From the UHGV virus genome UHGV-0858861: 48,885 nucleotides of DNA; one strand, written 5' to 3'. The DNA comes from a virus. A model generated the notes under the pieces. That model saw only the letters and a program-made list of their open reading frames with translations, did no database searches and was not told the origin of the DNA. Below, piece by piece: positions 45,194-48,885 of this stretch (position 1 is its first letter; every line of letters starts with the position of its first letter). The position numbers were made by a program, and so were the translations under genes.

Positions 45194-45342
45194 ATGGTGT
45201 TGGCATTTTTCTGATGGTTGTGGCCGTGTGTTTTTGTATCTCGCTGGTGGTTATCGCTGGTGTCCTGTGGCGCATCTTAGTGGCGCAGAGAGCTTTTCGG
45301 CGTAAGCGGGAGCAATTGCGCCTTGATTTCTATCGAAAGTAA
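45190..45342 (+). CDS. small membrane protein (50 aa, below the ORF-track cutoff)
   Basis: MNGVGIFLMVVAVCFCISLVVIAGVLWRIL... followed by terminator hairpin at 45351-45378. Confidence 0.25.
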   Translation: MNGVGIFLMVVAVCFCISLVVIAGVLWRILVAQRAFRRKREQLRLDFYRK

Positions 45343-45802
45343 CTCTTACAGCCTCGCGGTGTCGCGGGGCTTTTTATTTTCAGGTGATGTTATGGAAAAG
45401 AAAGAAGATAAACCGATTGCCATTGGTGCAGATGCTGTTCCGTTTAAGTTTGAATTATCCCAACTGGTAACAATGCGTATCAGTGACGAATGGGGAGAAG
45501 TTAAAGCCCGTGCTCAGTATGCAAATGGCGAAAACCAGTATCTGATTCACTATCAGGCGGCTGATGGCCGTGCTACCACAGAGTGGTTCGGTGAGTCGAT
45601 GCTGATTGCGATGGAAGATGATCGTTATCCTGGCTGCCCTGTTTTTGCCTGTGTTGATTTGCCAGAAGGCGCGGTACTTGAAGACGACAAAGAAGAATGC
45701 TCGTCTGATGGCGAACTTGTCATTACTGGAATCGTTGATGGTAAGCCGGAATACTCTCGTATTGAGGTAAATAACGGCTGCCTCCGTTTGATCCCTGCGT
45801 AA
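45323..45802 (+). CDS. hypothetical protein
   Basis: ORF (probable start 45392, MEKKEDKP...); terminator-like hairpin CATTAACTCCA...TGGAGTTAATG at 45865-45894 downstream. Confidence 0.35.
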   Translation: MISIESNSYSLAVSRGFLFSGDVMEKKEDKPIAIGADAVPFKFELSQLVTMRISDEWGEVKARAQYANGENQYLIHYQAADGRATTEWFGESMLIAMEDDRYPGCPVFACVDLPEGAVLEDDKEECSSDGELVITGIVDGKPEYSRIEVNNGCLRLIPA

Positions 45803-46036
45803 CGCATTACAGCAGCTCTTGTGCCTATCAGGGGCTGCGATAATGCGCAAACCAAAGCTGCCTCATTAACTCCAGCTCGCTGTGGAGTTAATGCTGGTGG
45901 CTTTTTTATTACTGGAAGGTGGGCGACCGCCGTCAGTTGCGACCTGACGACAGTCATTCATACCCACAGGGTGCCGTGGATACAAACCGAGGCCCACTTG
46001 CTTGCACAAGCGAGGGGATTTTAGCGGATAAACGGC

Positions 46037-46660
46037 ATGACAAAACATCTTAATGTGGTTTCTTTACCACTTTCTGTGTTGATTGGTTATGAAAAGAACG
46101 CTCGCACACACTCCGTGGAGCAGGTAGATCAGATTGTTGCCAGCATACAGGAGTACGGATGGACTAATCCGATCCTGATAGACGAGAACAACGTTGTAAT
46201 TGCTGGTCATGGTCGAATTGCTGCGGCCACTCAGTTGGGGATGGATGACGTTCCCTGCATTGTTCTGGAAGGGCTAACGGAGAATCAGAAGAAGGCATAT
46301 CGTCTGGCCGACAACCGTATTCCGCTGAATGCTGGTTGGGATGAAGAGTTGTTAAGCGCGGAGCTTGCAGATCTTGCGGCCGATGATTTTGCTCTGGACT
46401 CAATTGGTTTTACTCAGCGCGAACTGGATAACTTATTGAGTGCGGCGGTCTACGATGACACAGAGGGTATGGATATCCCATTTGAGAAGGATGAGGCCAA
46501 ATCAGGCGTAAAAGTTCAGTACCTGTCATTTGGAGGTCATAAAATCCCGGCAACGGATGAGGAAGCGGATCGTTTTGACTGCGCGGTGTCTCGTTATGTT
46601 GATGATAATGGCAGCTATATCGGATTTGTATCCGCATTGCTGGCTGGGGAGGTGTGCTGA
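46037..46660 (+). CDS. ParB-like nuclease-domain protein (paralogue of 301-891)
   Basis: 207-aa ORF sharing the ParB N-terminal-like core (NPILIDENNVVIAGHGRIAAA...QKKAYRLADN...NAGWD) with the ORF at 301. Confidence 0.65.
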   Translation: MTKHLNVVSLPLSVLIGYEKNARTHSVEQVDQIVASIQEYGWTNPILIDENNVVIAGHGRIAAATQLGMDDVPCIVLEGLTENQKKAYRLADNRIPLNAGWDEELLSAELADLAADDFALDSIGFTQRELDNLLSAAVYDDTEGMDIPFEKDEAKSGVKVQYLSFGGHKIPATDEEADRFDCAVSRYVDDNGSYIGFVSALLAGEVC

Positions 46661-48033
46661 TGCTTCACCTCAATTACGACATAACGCACCTACGCGGCGC
46701 GGAATATAACCCGCGTTTTATCGGTGAGGATGATCTTGCGAGGCTGGCAGAAAGCGTCAGGGAGCTGGGGCTTGTGAAGCCATTGATAGTGCGCGGCGAT
46801 TTGCTGGTGGCGGGACACCAAAGGACGAAGGCGCTACGTAAGTTGGGAATAACGCGTGCTGCGGTGTATGTGTTGCCCTGTGAAACGACGGTATACGACG
46901 AAGTACGGTTTAACCAACTGCATAACGGAACGGATTTTGATAGCGGAGATGAGCGTTGCAGGGTGTCCGGTCTGGAAGATAAGCATGGTTTTGTTCAGGT
47001 ATCGGCAAGCCAGATTTCAGGCAATATGCGCGCGAAAATGGCATATGTTCGAAAGAACATAGCGGAACTGGTTATCAAGTATGGTCCGTGGGGTGGTTGT
47101 GTTGCTACGCAGTCTGGCGAGGTTATTCACTGTGCTCAGTATGCATTAGCAGCGAAGATGACGCGCACACCGCTAACGGTGTTTGTGATCCCTGATGTTG
47201 AGAAGGAAAAATACCAAAGTTATCTGAATAAAACTTATGGTGTATTTGAGTATTCTCATCTGGAGAAAACAACATACATCCAGACGTATGCGCAGCTTAT
47301 GCGGTTGCGTAATGGTGGCAGCCTGAAATCAAACCTGTATGAGTCGTTGATCCTCCCGATCATTGCCAAGACGCCAAGAGGAATTGATTTTGGTTCGGGG
47401 CAGGGAGACTACGCGCGAATGCTCAGGGCAAAGGGATATAACCTGCATGATCTCGAGCTTTTCCGCCGTAAGGGCGCTGGAAACACTCTGGATAGGACCG
47501 CAACAAACCGGATGATTGATACGCTGGTGGACGACTTAAAAACGCGAGGGCGTTACGACTACGTGATTTGCGATAGCGTTTTGAACTCGGTCGATAGTGT
47601 CGAGGCTGAATGGTCTGTTCTGACGGTTCTGAAAGGCCTGTGTAAAGCTGGTGGGTCAATATTCTTTTCTGGTCGTAGCCGTGGAGAGCTGGAAACAGTC
47701 CTGAAGCAAACACAAGCGGCGAGTTCCAAAAGCCGGCTTTATTTTATTGATCATAACGGTTTTACCGCGTTGTACCGGAAGGGGCACTGGTTTTACCAGA
47801 AGTTTCACTCTGATGATGAAGTGAAGCAGTTGTGTCGTGTACATGGTTTCAGGATTAAGCGGTCAATATTCAACTGTAAGAGCTGGTATTTGCACGTCAT
47901 TAACGATGATTCCCTTAGTTGGGCGAGTCTGGAGAAAGCTGTTCGTTTTGAGTTTGAGTTGCCGTTGCCTGGTGGTTCAACAATCGGACGATCTGATGAT
48001 GTGCTGGCGGCTTTCCGGCCGTTGATTAAGTAG
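46654..48033 (+). CDS. fusion protein: ParB N-terminal-like domain + class I SAM-dependent methyltransferase domain
   Basis: 459-aa ORF; N-terminal ParB-like segment (PLIVRGDLLVAGHQRTKALRKLG) and C-terminal Rossmann SAM motif (GIDFGSGQGDY); no DPPY/NPPY-type motif seen. Confidence 0.6.
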   Translation: MLMLHLNYDITHLRGAEYNPRFIGEDDLARLAESVRELGLVKPLIVRGDLLVAGHQRTKALRKLGITRAAVYVLPCETTVYDEVRFNQLHNGTDFDSGDERCRVSGLEDKHGFVQVSASQISGNMRAKMAYVRKNIAELVIKYGPWGGCVATQSGEVIHCAQYALAAKMTRTPLTVFVIPDVEKEKYQSYLNKTYGVFEYSHLEKTTYIQTYAQLMRLRNGGSLKSNLYESLILPIIAKTPRGIDFGSGQGDYARMLRAKGYNLHDLELFRRKGAGNTLDRTATNRMIDTLVDDLKTRGRYDYVICDSVLNSVDSVEAEWSVLTVLKGLCKAGGSIFFSGRSRGELETVLKQTQAASSKSRLYFIDHNGFTALYRKGHWFYQKFHSDDEVKQLCRVHGFRIKRSIFNCKSWYLHVINDDSLSWASLEKAVRFEFELPLPGGSTIGRSDDVLAAFRPLIK

Positions 48034-48049
48034 TGTGTAGGAGGCGCTG

Positions 48050-48769
48050 GTGGCTGACAGAATTGAGATAAAGATGGATTTTTCTTCTCAGGATATTCAA
48101 CGACAACTCCAGCGCCTTGAAGAACGCGAATTGCCGTTCGCAATGGCGCTTGCGGCAACCAGAACGGCAAAGGCTTCTCAGGCTGCGATTAAGAATGAAA
48201 TTAATCGGGTATTTGACAGGCCCACGCCGTGGATTCAGAACTCTACTTACGTTTTGGCCGCAAAGAAGAGTGATCCTACAGCCATTGTGTATGCTCGTGA
48301 ATGGGGAGGAACGCCAGCCCCTGTAACGTTGACTCCGCAAATCGAAGGTGGCCAACGACAGTACAAACGCTCAGAAGGGGCGCTAAGGGCTGGTGGATAT
48401 TTGCCTAACGGCTGGCAGCTTGCTCCTGGTCCCGGCGCAAAGCTGGACAAATACGGGAATATTTCGCGGGGGCAATTACAGCAGGTCTTATCTGGCCTAA
48501 GAGTTCAGCGAGATGCGCATCAAAATCGCCGTCAGGGCAAGCCTACGGAGTTTTTTGTTGTTCGACCTGGTACAAGTAACCCGCTTCAACCAGGCGTCTG
48601 GCAGCGCGTTGGGCGGCGTCCTACGTTGATCCTTACGTTTATCCAGCAACCTAACTATTCGCAGCGTCTTGATTGGCATGGCGTGGCGCTGCGTGCTGGT
48701 GAGGATGCGTTTGCTGATGAAGTCACAAAGGCTATTGATGACATTCTTTCTAAGACCTTCTCTCGTTAA
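48050..48769 (+). CDS. hypothetical phage protein
   Basis: 239-aa ORF; function not assignable from sequence. Confidence 0.35.
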   Translation: MADRIEIKMDFSSQDIQRQLQRLEERELPFAMALAATRTAKASQAAIKNEINRVFDRPTPWIQNSTYVLAAKKSDPTAIVYAREWGGTPAPVTLTPQIEGGQRQYKRSEGALRAGGYLPNGWQLAPGPGAKLDKYGNISRGQLQQVLSGLRVQRDAHQNRRQGKPTEFFVVRPGTSNPLQPGVWQRVGRRPTLILTFIQQPNYSQRLDWHGVALRAGEDAFADEVTKAIDDILSKTFSR

Positions 48770-48794
48770 TCATCGTGTGGTTGATGGTGTTGTT

Positions 48795-48885
48795 ATGCAG
48801 AGTGTATTCACTGTGTTCTGTAGCGTCGCTCGCTGGCTGTCTGTGGGGGAGCACGAGCATCGTTTCATCGTCCGGCAGAATTGGG
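48795..48885 (+). CDS. 5' end of an ORF running off the window (partial)
   Basis: ATG at 48795 with open frame to the window end; no other support. Confidence 0.2.
   Translation, partial: MQSVFTVFCSVARWLSVGEHEHRFIVRQNW

Noticed and set aside
1-48885. CRISPR arrays
   Set aside because: No series of short direct repeats with regular unique spacers was seen; the repeats present are protein-coding tandem repeats or operator/iteron motifs.

Overview
The window reads as one near-genome-length (~49 kb) temperate phage with plasmid-maintenance genes, i.e. a putative phage-plasmid; no integrase or att-like repeats were recognised. All calls rest on reading the six-frame translations and DNA motifs by eye; no database search was run. 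Left to right: a 55-bp duplicate of a portal-gene segment, then a lambda-type packaging/head module (ParB-like, TerS, TerL, gpW-like, portal, protease, decoration, major capsid), then a P2/Mu-type contractile tail (sheath, tube, frameshifted chaperone, tape measure, baseplate X/D/V/W/J/I) ending in a tail fibre with a Gin/Hin-type invertible host-range segment and its invertase (to ~22.6 kb). The accessory half carries an IncFII-like RepA replicon, a HigBA-like toxin-antitoxin pair, ParF/ParG-type partition genes, a CI-like repressor with dyad operators and a divergent Cro-like gene, an antirepressor locus, lambdoid early genes (Ref-like HNH, DUF1064-like, Ead/Ea22-like), a lysis cassette behind a strong terminator, a tRNA(CAU), an MT-A70 methyltransferase and two ParB-like genes, one fused to a SAM methyltransferase domain. 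The most interesting signal is a ~115-bp promoter plus 5'-leader module present in three near-identical copies, each heading a different operon of uncharacterised genes; the first operon ends in an Aca2/DUF1870-like HTH gene, suggesting a co-regulated set of candidate anti-defence operons. Other leads are repressor-type operators upstream of repA and the antirepressor locus, a c4/immI-like antisense arrangement, and a 620-bp ORF-poor region with a poly-G tract.
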